From Octopus sinensis (taxonomy: Eukaryota): 64,000 nucleotides of DNA. The notes beneath the pieces were generated by a model. It was not told where the DNA came from. It saw only the letters and a list, made by a program, of their open reading frames with translations, and searched no databases. This document shows positions 40,207-50,020 of the stretch, piece after piece. The position numbers and the translations under genes were made by a program. Where the stretch lies: the NCBI RefSeq assembly GCF_006345805.1, contig NC_043018.1, forward strand, positions 4,898,001-4,962,000, written 5' to 3'. Numbering within the stretch: the first letter of the stretch is position 1; the number at the start of each line of letters is the position of its first letter.

Positions 40207-40251
40207 GGACCACTGATGCGGTCACAGGAGTGTGACGAAAGAACTCTGGCC
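40207..40251 (+). ncRNA. Degenerate hammerhead motif in the right arm of the fold-back
   Basis: ggacca-CTGATGC-g-gtcaca-ggag-tgtgac-GAAA-gaac-TC-tggcc. A9 is changed to C; stem II is a perfect 6 bp. Confidence 0.55.
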
Positions 40252-40378
40252 GAAATAAGATTACGATTAATGTAAAAAATAAATAACATTGAAGCAAAGT
40301 AACAACAAATATATAGTGCGTGTGTTTTTATTGGCTAAACTGGCAAAATGACCATTCCGAAATATATATATATATGTA

Positions 40379-40452
<74 letters not shown>

Positions 40453-41189
40453 CAATATATATATATATATATAATATGTATACACATACAGACCAATATT
40501 TACACAATACATAGACAATGAAAAAGAAACCAAAAGCCCGAACAATGACTTAACAAAATGCATACGCACACATACACACACTCAGACATATTATGTTAGA
40601 AAGTCAACAACATTTCATGTGTGCGCGGTGCAACGTTATCAACAGATCTAGCGTCATTGTATCAGCATACACCCGGTATTATGTAGGATCCACTTCTAAT
40701 TCCTTTAAATACCGTTACAACATACATACTCACAGCTTTAGGTACAAAAACTTATGTAATTCAGTTATATTAGCTAAGAACGTATTTAATCTAAAACCTT
40801 CGAACCACACTGGGACATTATAGCGAGTTTTGACCCTGGAAACAAGAAAGACTTCAGATTTTGCTCATGTTTTATTGGGTAACAAATTATTTTTTAACTT
40901 ATAACGGGAATGTTTTTCTCATGCAAAGTTTTAAAGTCGTTAAAATTTTATAAATATCAGGTAAAATAATAAATAATACATTCTATCGGTTGGCTCTAAC
41001 TTTATTACACATAACCATATTGAAACTTTTCAAACAACGCTGGTTTAAAGCTCTTCCTCCTCTTCCCTTCCTCCTCCTCCTCCTCTTTCCTCCTCATGCT
41101 CTCCTCTTCTAATCTCTCCACATATCTACTTTTAATATTTCCTTCATTTGTGGCAAACTGAAAAAGTCATCATGATCATTATGATGTCG

Positions 41190-41225
<36 letters not shown>

Positions 41226-41723
41226 ACATCGTCGTCGTCGTCGTTGTTGTTGTTGCTGATATTATTATTATTATTATTATTATTATTAGTAGTAGTAGTA
41301 GTATTAGCATCTTCCTTCAATCCTGTTTCCATTTCTTGCCGAGTGTCTTCCCGACACCTAGGACAGAGAAATGTACTGTATACATTGGTAGGCCATTGAA
41401 ACAAACACACCAGATTGTTCATTTACAGAGTCATGTGATAGAGAAAAAGGGAAAAAATAAAAATAGAAAAGTAAACGAATAAATAAAGAGGGAAAAGGAA
41501 AGAAAATTCACAGCAAGAAATCTCTTCTCACTACGTGTGACCAGTTACCAGTTAAGACTATCTTTTACACTTCCTGCATGGATGGTAAGCCAGGGACCTA
41601 TTATTATTATTATATTATTATTATTATTATTATTGTTGTTGTTGTTGTTGTTGTTATTGTTGTTATTGTTGTTTTTGTTGTTGTTGTTGTTATTGTTAGT
41701 GTTGTTGTTGTTGTTGTTGTTAT

Positions 41724-41948
41724 GAAGGTGGCAAACTGAGAAAATCGTCAGCGCGTCGGACAAAATGCTGAGACGCATTTCTTCCGGCTCTTTACTTTGT
41801 GAGCTCAAATCCCGTCGAGGTCAAATTTGCATTTCATCCTTTTGGGGTCGATAAAAACAAAGCACCATTTGAGAGAGCAGAGTGGTCGAAGCAACTGCTG
41901 CCCGTTTCCCATTAAAATTGTTGACCTTTTGTCAAAATTTGGAACCAT
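41724..41948 (+). mobile_element. tRNA-derived SINE, main family
   Basis: aaggtggcaaactgagaaaatcgtcagc...gcatttcatccttttggggtcgataaa...aaaatttggaacc(att)n. Confidence 0.8.
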
Positions 41949-41972
41949 TATTATTATTATTATTATTATTAT

Positions 41973-42532
41973 TGAGTGAGAGAGCAGTGCATGCCATCAA
42001 AGTGACACTGGGGTAAAATATACGAAGCCCAATATACCCATCATGACTACCCGTCTGATAAGGGTACACCAGGCACATGCATCACGACCATATGTGCGCG
42101 ACATTGTGATCTCATATCAAGATAAACAGCACATGACCTTGCAGGTGGGGCCCAGTTAGAATTTTCTTCTGGCCGAGTAACCCATCCCGCTCAAAAGGCC
42201 CTTGAATAAGGGTTGTTTAAGGATGTTGAATGACACACCCATGTTTCCAGTGGTGAGTTATCCAAATCCCAAAGAATCCCTCTCAACACATGGCTATGAT
42301 GCTCCCCTACTACTTCTGCTCGTGATCAGAGATGCACATATCGTCAGCCACTAAGGGACATGATCAACTGGTTAAGGTCAAACAACTGACAAGTAAATCT
42401 GTGGTATTGAGCAGAATATTTGCTGTAGCCCATCTTTTATACCAAGACAAAACAATGTACATGATAACTCTTCCAATCAGTTAAGATCAGAAGCCATGAG
42501 AGCCACTGCCTGGTACTGCATCAGGGCATTTA
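41973..42532. mobile_element. Unclassified ~560-bp interspersed element sitting inside (TTA)n
   Basis: A complex, GC-richer block with sharp boundaries, flanked on both sides by TTA triplet runs and with no long ORF. Recalled as a recurrent octopus repeat (not verified). Confidence 0.55.
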
Positions 42533-42551
42533 TTATTAATTATTATTATTA

Positions 42552-42583
<32 letters not shown>

Positions 42584-42640
42584 TATTATTATTATTATTA
42601 TATTATTATTATCATTATTATTACTATTATTATTATCATA

Positions 42641-42705
<65 letters not shown>

Positions 42706-43063
42706 CATCATCATCATCATCACCCATGTGAGCGTTCTCTTTCGAGAATGTGTGCGTATCTGTCTGTGTATGTACACACACACCACACACACACACGAAT
42801 ATGTATATATGTTTAAATGTCTGTGTTGCAGTTGCAAGGAACGCCAAAGGTCCCTCGATCTCTCGACTTAAAATGATGCTACGTCAACAACAACAACAAA
42901 AAGAAGGAAAATGAAAGACCAAAGAAAAGGAAAAGAAATCCTTTGATTGCAGGATCGACGGACTTGGAGGGGGGGGGGGTCTACGGAATCCCTGGAATAC
43001 AAAAAAACAGTCTCGCATGGTCACATTCCGGGAGCACGTATGTATGTATATGTGTGATGTGTG

Positions 43064-43122
<59 letters not shown>

Positions 43123-43137
43123 CTTGTAAATTGGAAT

Positions 43138-43180
43138 CCACCTGAAGATTGTCGATCAAGACACGAAACAATTGTAGTGG
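43138..43180 (+). ncRNA. Minimal type I hammerhead ribozyme motif
   Basis: ccac-CTGAAGA-t-tgtc-gatcaa-gaca-c-GAAA-caattg-TA-gtgg. Stem I is 4 bp, the core is intact, stem II is 4 bp with a mismatched closing pair, stem III is the palindrome ACAATTGT, and the cleavage triplet is GUA. Confidence 0.75.
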
Positions 43181-43840
43181 CGGTTTTTTTTGACTATTTA
43201 TTAAAATTTATGTATTGATTAAGTCTTTCCTTGTTTGTTTTGCAAAATAGTGGTTTTGTCTCTAATAATATTTTATATATATATAATATATATATATATA
43301 ATATATATATATATATATTATATATATATATATATATTATATATATGTACATACATATATATATATATATCATACATATATATATATATATATCTTTCCT
43401 TTCCTGGGTGTCCAATAACACTATACCTGTTCCACGTCCCCGCATTGTTGTGTTTTCTCTTTGTGTTTTCATGTTTGGATTAACTATATATATATTTATA
43501 CACACACACATATATTTGCATTTCTTTATCTCTTTTTACTTTCGCCCCTATTCTTGATATGAAACCACTTATTTGGGTCTCTGATCCCTATTGTTTCACA
43601 ATGCCCCTACGGCAAATATAAAAGTCCTCCTTTTCTCCCTCGACTCACTCTCCAGTTCCAACTACATCGCTACGATTTCTATTAGCTCTCTTATCATCCA
43701 ATTTTATGTAAAAGCCAACACTTTATGTCCGTCTTCGTATTTTATTCCCGCATCCGTTACCCTGGTTGCAAAAGAAAAAAAAAACACCGCCTATATTATT
43801 ATTATTATTATTATTGTTGTTGTTATTATTATTATTATTA

Positions 43841-43891
<51 letters not shown>

Positions 43892-43909
43892 CATCATCAT
43901 CATCATCAT

Positions 43910-44028
43910 CCAATATTGTGTTGTTGTGGATTGAAGATATTGTACAACTTCTCGCAGTGTGCCGTTCCAAGTAAAGCCGATTTTTGCAATATACCAAGAT
44001 TGAAGGATATTTCTAAAGTGTCCAAATA
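43910..44028 (-). mobile_element. R4/Dong-like LINE extreme C-terminal fragment
   Basis: The minus strand encodes QKSALLGTAH, the typical end of R4/Dong ORFs. It is embedded in (TTA)n/(TCA)n runs on both sides. Confidence 0.65.
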
Positions 44029-44061
44029 ATGTTGTTGTTATTATTATTATTATTATTATTA

Positions 44062-44125
<64 letters not shown>

Positions 44126-44152
44126 TTATTATTATTATTATTATTATTATCA

Positions 44153-44235
<83 letters not shown>

Positions 44236-44769
44236 TAAATACCCTCTGTTTTTTTTTTTCTCTTTGGATTTCTTCAGTCCTCGAAGTCAATAAAGAAATT
44301 ATTATTATTGTTATTATTAATCCTGAATGTCTTGGGCCCGCGTGGCCAGTAAAGAGATCATCATCATCATCATCATCATCATCTTCGTCGTCGTCGTCAT
44401 CGTCGTCGTCTTCATCATCACCGCCATCGTCATTATTATTATTATTGTTGTTGTTGTTGTTGTTGTTGTTATTATTATTATTATTGATAGTAGTAGTAAT
44501 AGTAGTTGTCATAGTAGTAGGCGTAACGACATCTTATCGCCTCGTCTATGGTGGCTCTGGTTGAACGTTTTTTTCCTTTTATTATTTGGTCGCATGCTTT
44601 TCTTGAGACGCTGTTGGTATTCTTAACCGTTGCACGATGGCAAAGCATAAGGGCTGAATGTGGGGAACGGCGGAGACATCATACTACCGAAACCTGAAGA
44701 GAATGGAAGGAAAAAGAATTCGTTTAAAAATATTTAATTGATTGGAATTGATACACAAAAGGATGATAC

Positions 44770-45420
44770 AAACGGAGAGAGAGAGAGAGAGAGAGAAACA
44801 GAGAGAGAGGGGAGAAACAGAGAGGGAGACAAACAGAGAGATAAAAAGAGAGGGAGAGAGAGACAGAGAGAGAGAGGGGGAGAAAGACAGAGAGGGAGAG
44901 AGACAGGGAGAAAGAGAGAGAGAGAGAGAGGGAGAAAGAGAGAGAGAGAGAGGGAGAAAGAGAGAGAGAGGGGAGAAACAGAGAGGGAGACAAACAGAGA
45001 GATAAAAAGAGAGGGAGAGAGAGACAGAGAGAGAGAGGGGGAGAAAGACAGAGAGGGAGAGAGAGAGGGAGAAAGAGAGAGAGAGAGGAGGAACAGAGAG
45101 ACAGAGAAACAGAGAAACAGAGAGAGAGAGAAAAAGAGAGGGAGAGAGACAGAGAGGGAGACAAACAGAGAGAGAGAGAGAGAGAAAGGAAGAGGGAAAG
45201 AGAAATAGAGAAAGAGACAAGCAGTGACAGAGAGAGAGAAGGGGAGAGAGAGAAGGGGAGAGAGAGAAGGGGAGAGAGAGAAGGAGAGAGAGAAGGGGAG
45301 AGAGAAAGAGAGAAAAACAAACAATGACAGAGAAAGAGAGAGGGACAGTGAAAAAGAGAGAGAGACAGAGTGAGAGACAAGGATAAAGAGTAAAAGAGTG
45401 AAAGAGGGTGAGAGAGTGGG
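44770..45420. repeat. GA-rich low-complexity array with internal ~120-180-bp duplication
   Basis: Purine-only strand; the block gagggagacaaacagagagataaaaa is repeated. Confidence 0.9.
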
Positions 45421-45619
45421 CGAAAGGGTTATGGAAAATAAAATATGAAATCATAAAAAAGGTTAATGACGCATTAATCTAGGTGGGCAGACTCTGAAGC
45501 TATCATGGACATGGCTAAGGTAAGCAAATGGCGCAGTTGAGGTCGTTGAAGAAGCTGAAATTAATTTATATATTTAATCTTTTACCTGTTTCAGTCAGGT
45601 TGAAGGGTCATTGGCAAAC

Positions 45620-45895
45620 TGCCACCTGCGCCGCTTTCTCAATGGCATAGCGAAGAAAACATACTTGGATTTTTGTTTTTAGTTGTGCTGCTCGGACAGA
45701 CGGTGGGCCATGTCTCATGAGGTCCGTTTCTCGAAAAAGATTGCAACGAGCTTCCACACAGTTCCCGTCAATCAAATTCACTCTCAATGTTTTTGTCGGC
45801 CCAGGGCCATAGTAGAAGATATTTGTCCAAGGTGCCGCACAGCGAATTGAACCCGAAATCGCGTGGTTGCATAGTGAACTACTAACCACGCGGCT
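45620..45895 (-). mobile_element. tRNA-derived SINE, third family
   Basis: Minus strand gtggttagtagttcactatgcaaccacgcgatttcgggttcaattcgctgtgcggcaccttgg. Confidence 0.75.
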
Positions 45896-45916
45896 ATAAA
45901 TATATATTTTAAGATA

Positions 45917-46716
45917 CGAAGTGGTATCAAAAAGTTTCAGGACTAGTTCCGTAGCGCGCCAATGGATGGCAGCACACGGTTGCTTGAACAGGGAAATCTA
46001 GTAGTACTTTCATGAGTCTGTGTACCGAGCGATATCACTGTGTTTACTTCGCAAGTTGTGAAATTTGTGTTTTTGCGATCACGTGTCTGATGTAGCCTGC
46101 GATTTTTGTCATGGACAGGAAGTTGGAAGAAAAAGCCAACGTGAAATTTTGTAGTAAATTTGGGAAGTCTGCTACAGAGATATTGGACATGCTTTGGCGA
46201 CGAGGCAATGGGTGGGACGCAATGCTTCAAAAGTGGAAGAACGTCCCTGAGAGACGACGAGCGATCTGAGAGACCTGTCTCGAGCGTCACTCCCGGAAAT
46301 GTGGTATTCTGCCTGGAGAATTCGTCCCCCCGGGGCCAGAGCATCAATCGAGAGCTCTACTCAGACGTTTGGAAGCGTTTGAGGGAAGACATTCGGCGAA
46401 AGCGTCCGGATCTGCTGAGCGCGAAGAATTAGATTCTTCCCGACAACAGTGCACCTATGTCACTGGGCTCTCCTCCGCCTAAAAGATGCTATCATTTCTG
46501 CAGCTGCCCTTTGCGCCAGGTTTAGCATCTGCAGACTTCTGTCTCTTCCGCTGAATGAAGACGCAGCTCAAAGGTCGCCGTTTTAACACCATTGTCGAGA
46601 ACGTAACAGGAACGCTGGGACGGGTGTAGTGCTGCGCAAGGTGACTATTTCGAAGGAGATAAATAAGTTAATTCTATTAAACATTACTAGTCCGGAAACC
46701 TTTTGATACCACCTCG
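45917..46716 (+). mobile_element. Internally deleted mariner transposon
   Basis: TIRs cgaagtggtatcaaaaagtttcaggactagt / actagtccggaaaccttttgataccacctcg, each flanked by TA. Transposase relics MDRKLEEKANVKFCSKFGKSATE and LKRLREDIRRKRPDL, plus a degenerate APGLASADFCLF. Confidence 0.9.
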
Positions 46717-47396
46717 TAGGGTTTTAAATATAAGATTTGAAGACTAGTTGTGTAAAATTCGGAATAACAGTATCTGAATACAGTTCTATATTTAAGAGGT
46801 GAGGAATTATCTACATTATTTACATTCGACGGATATCTATCCTCATCTTGTTTGTTATTAACACAACGTTTCGGCTGATATACCCACCAAAAAGACTACA
46901 GAGTGACAATTCCATCATAATACTTCCAGCGGACAAGGGAAATGCTACAGTAGTGATGAACAAGCCTGACTACTCTGAAAAGTTGGCAAGTCTTATAAGT
47001 GATGGTAGCTACAGCTAAGAAAAGAAAAACCCCACTCTGAAAACAGAGAGGAAGTCGTCACAGATCTTGATCAAGAACAAGGATCACTTAACACCAATTA
47101 AATACAGACTCAACACCACAGTAAACTACCACACATGTACGGTCTCCCTAAGATTCCCAAAAATGGTACAGTGAGCTGTAGAGGTTCAGCATGTCATCCA
47201 CTGAGCCGCTTCTTTGTGGATATAATCAGTCCATTAGCAGAAAAGTCAACATCTTACGTGAAGACTTCCATCCACTTCACAGAATTGATCAAAGATACCC
47301 TCATTGAATCCAACCAGATGGTGAGTCTAGATGTGATAAGCCTGTTCACCAAAGTCCCAACTGGTGAAGCACACACACTATATATATATATATTAT

Positions 47397-47438
<42 letters not shown>

Positions 47439-48438
47439 AGAGGCGGGTTTAGCTATGGGTTCGCCATTATGATCGGTAATAGCCAATATATACATGGAAT
47501 ACTTTGAGAATTTGGCTTTAGGATCAACACCACTATAACCAACACTATGGCTAAGATATGTTGATGACACCATTATACTCTGGCCCCACCAGGAAGATGT
47601 CCAAGTGCTGTTAGATCATGTGAACTCTATAAAACCACCCTTACAGATCACAATGGAAAAGGAAAAAGACAACCAGCTGGCATTCCTGGACGTATTAACA
47701 ACACGCACCAAGTATGGATTCAGGACATCCGTATACCACAAGCCGACCTTTACTGGACGATATCACAATTTCAATTCCCACCATCCATACAGTGTAAAGA
47801 GAGGGATTGCTCAGTGCCTAAAAAATCGAGCAAAGAATATAAGTAGCGATCGTGATACCCACCACGAAGAAACGATTAAGCTCAATAACGATCTGTTAAG
47901 TAACAACTACTCCAAAAGTATACTATCCACTCCAGTTATGAAGAGGAGAGAGGATGAGGCCAAAAAACTGTACGAAAAGATACAAAAGATATGCGGCCCA
48001 TATGACATCAGGACAGTATTCAAGAATAATACAACACTTGGCAAATATCTCCTTCGCGTAAAACCACCAATAGAAGAGAATATGACCAAAGACTGTGTGT
48101 ACTCCATCCCATGCAGCTGTAGTAGGTTATACGAAACATGCCTCCCACTCAAAATAAGGGTAGAGGAACATCGCAAAGCTGACACGGGGAGATATTGATA
48201 AATCGGGTATAGCTGATCATGTATGGAAAAATGGAAACCATCTCCCCCTGTGGGATGAAGTTAAAATAATAGACAGAGAACACCACTGGAAAATACGAAA
48301 ACTAAAAGAAGCAGCACATATGCTAGGACACCACTACCTCCTAAGCAGACCGAGTGCAGATATGAGCAGCATATGGGAACTGGTATTAAGGAAGGATAGA
48401 AAAATAGATTTATAGGCCCTAAAATTCACTCCATAATT

Positions 48439-48502
48439 GCCCAAGGCGTAGTGGTTAAGAGCGCGGGCTACTAACCCCAAGATTCCGAGTTCGATTCAAA
48501 GC
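48439..48502 (+). other. tRNA-derived (Pol III promoter-like) head inside the Penelope 3' region
   Basis: A-box-like ggcgtagtggtt, anticodon-loop-like gcggg-CTACTAA-cccca (similar to the tRNA-Ser GCU loop CTGCTAA) and B-box-like gagttcgattc. There is no complete acceptor stem, so it is not a functional tRNA. Confidence 0.65.
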
Positions 48503-48511
48503 ACTGACCTG

Positions 48512-48553
<42 letters not shown>

Positions 48554-48623
48554 AATAATAATAATAATAATAACAACAACAACATCGAAAAAATACCTTA
48601 GGAATGAGAACCCAGGATCGATA

Positions 48624-48670
48624 TTACCCTTGAAGAAAGCTGGAGGGTATATCAGCCGAAACGTTGTGTT
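48624..48670 (+). ncRNA. Degenerate hammerhead motif in the Penelope pLTR
   Basis: TTGAAGA-aa-gctg-gagggtatat-cagc-c-GAAA-cg-TT-gtgtt. C3 is changed to U, stem III is the palindrome ACGT, and the 5' strand of stem I does not pair well. Confidence 0.55.
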
Positions 48671-48829
48671 AACAACAAAGAAGATGAGGACAAATATCCG
48701 TCAAATGTAAATGACAGTATCTGAAGTTTTCCAGTTTCAATAAATCACAATATTTTACTCGAACTTTGGTATTCGAGAGTAGAATTCCCAGGTTGGCACC
48801 TATGTTTGGCCCACACGTGCCTGTGTTAA

Positions 48830-48904
<75 letters not shown>

Positions 48905-48998
48905 TTTGAGAGAGAAAGAAGGAGAGAGAGAGAGAGAGAGAGAGAGAGGACATGTGTGAGTGTTTTGTTACTGTTTATGTGTCCACGTGTTCACTTAC

Positions 48999-49490
48999 CT
49001 TGCAGACTGCTGCGCACAGGTGCCGTACACATTCCGAGTGGACTGTTGCTCATTCGTGACACAGGTGCGAATGCACTCTTCTCTTTCACAACACTGACCA
49101 TGTTGACGGGCGAAAACGTGAAAGACCCGCCACTCGCTGCACTATATACATTGTTCATATCAGTACTGTTGTTGTTGTTGTTGTTGCTGCTGCTGTGACT
49201 GCTACTGTGAGGACTGCTACTACTGTTGTTGTTGTAGTTGTTGCTGTTGCTGCTGTTGTTGTGATGGAGATGACTATTGTTGATGAGGCTGTTGACGGCG
49301 AGGCTGTTTGTGTGTCCGAGGTAGGGCGACGATTGGGATAAGGCGTCGCTGGCGATCGAACCGAAGCCCATGGATGACAACTGACAGGAACTACTGGAAA
49401 TCACTGATGGTGGGCGTGATGGTGGTGGTGGCGGCGGCAGTGGTGGAAGTGGTGGGTGTGGTGGCGGCGAGAACGGTGGCGGCAGCAGAC
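48999..49490 (-). CDS. COE: Internal (penultimate-type) coding exon of a COE/collier/EBF transcription factor, C-terminal Pro/Ser-rich region
   Basis: Minus-strand acceptor cttcttctgtcctcttcaacaaaag|GT at 49490 and donor CAAG|gtaagt at 48999. Length is 492 nt (164 codons), phase 1 at both ends, with no stops. The translation ends SFTFSPVNMVSVVKEKSAFAPVSRMSNSPLGMCTAPVRSSLQ, matching vertebrate EBF1 [41 protein letters not shown] (recalled). Confidence 0.9.
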
Positions 49491-49884
49491 CTTTTGTTGA
49501 AGAGGACAGAAGAAGACATTAGTGACAAAAACAAATTCAATGTTTACCGGTGCAAACCGGTGTGTTGATTCGCATCCCTTTACGGAAAAAAGAAGAAGAA
49601 GAAGAAGAAGAAGAAAGAAACGCAAATGAACCGTTTGATGTTCCCAGATCGATAAAATGTGTACAACGTTGAAAGAATTGCGACCATGAGGACGTAGAGA
49701 GCGAAGAAGAAGGGAGAATTGCTGGCTGCAGTGTGATGGACTTTCCCGTCGACGAGGAAATAGGAACGCTTTAGCTTTTGACGAATGACCTGCACAAATG
49801 ATTTGTTTGCAGTGACCAGATGTATGTTGTGCCGTACATTATCTCCCCCCGCCCATCAAATCGATGTTACCTGAACAGGTGAAC

Positions 49885-50020
49885 AGTGTGTCACGTGTCA
49901 GTAGTCGAAGTAATTGCGGAGTAACGGGATATGGAATGTTTTGCTCAAGAACCATACGGTCTGGAAATTGAACCCGCGATCGCGTGATCGTGAATGCAGC
50001 ACCCGAGCCACGAGGCTATG
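49885..50020 (-). mobile_element. tRNA-derived SINE head, second family
   Basis: Minus strand gtggctcgggtgctgcattcacgatcacgcgatcgcgggttcaatttccagacc...cttgagcaaaacatt. Confidence 0.7.

Larger units (their letters stand above)
39130..40400. repeat. Large fold-back (~600-bp arms, 5-nt loop at 39718-39722) carrying hammerhead-like motifs
   Basis: 39130-39717 is the reverse complement of 39723-40400. A ~67-bp retroposon-tail insertion (about 39756-39822) is present only in the right arm. Confidence 0.9.
46779..48713 (+). mobile_element. Penelope-like retroelement (RT + GIY-YIG endonuclease), 5'-truncated and degenerate, with inverted pseudo-LTR piece at the 5' end
   Basis: Motifs ILPADKGNATVVMNK, MYGLPKIPK, LDVISLFTKVP, GLAMGSP, LRYVDDT and GIY-YIG-like CVYSIPCSC...KIRVEEHRK. 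46779-46890 is the reverse complement of the pLTR at about 48640-48713. The 12-bp direct repeat acagtatctgaa flanks it (46767-46778, 48714-48725). Frameshifts, stops and a TA microsatellite at about 47380-47435 interrupt the ORF. Confidence 0.9.

Noticed and set aside
48439-48502. tRNA gene call
   Set aside because: No acceptor stem or complete cloverleaf. It is treated as a tRNA-derived promoter head.
49580-49800. ORF with FLVDGKVHHTAASNSPF, faintly like EBF FLNGSAANSPY, just upstream of the COE exon
   Set aside because: There is no convincing donor, it runs into a (CTT)n repeat, and the similarity is too weak. It may still be a conserved intronic element.
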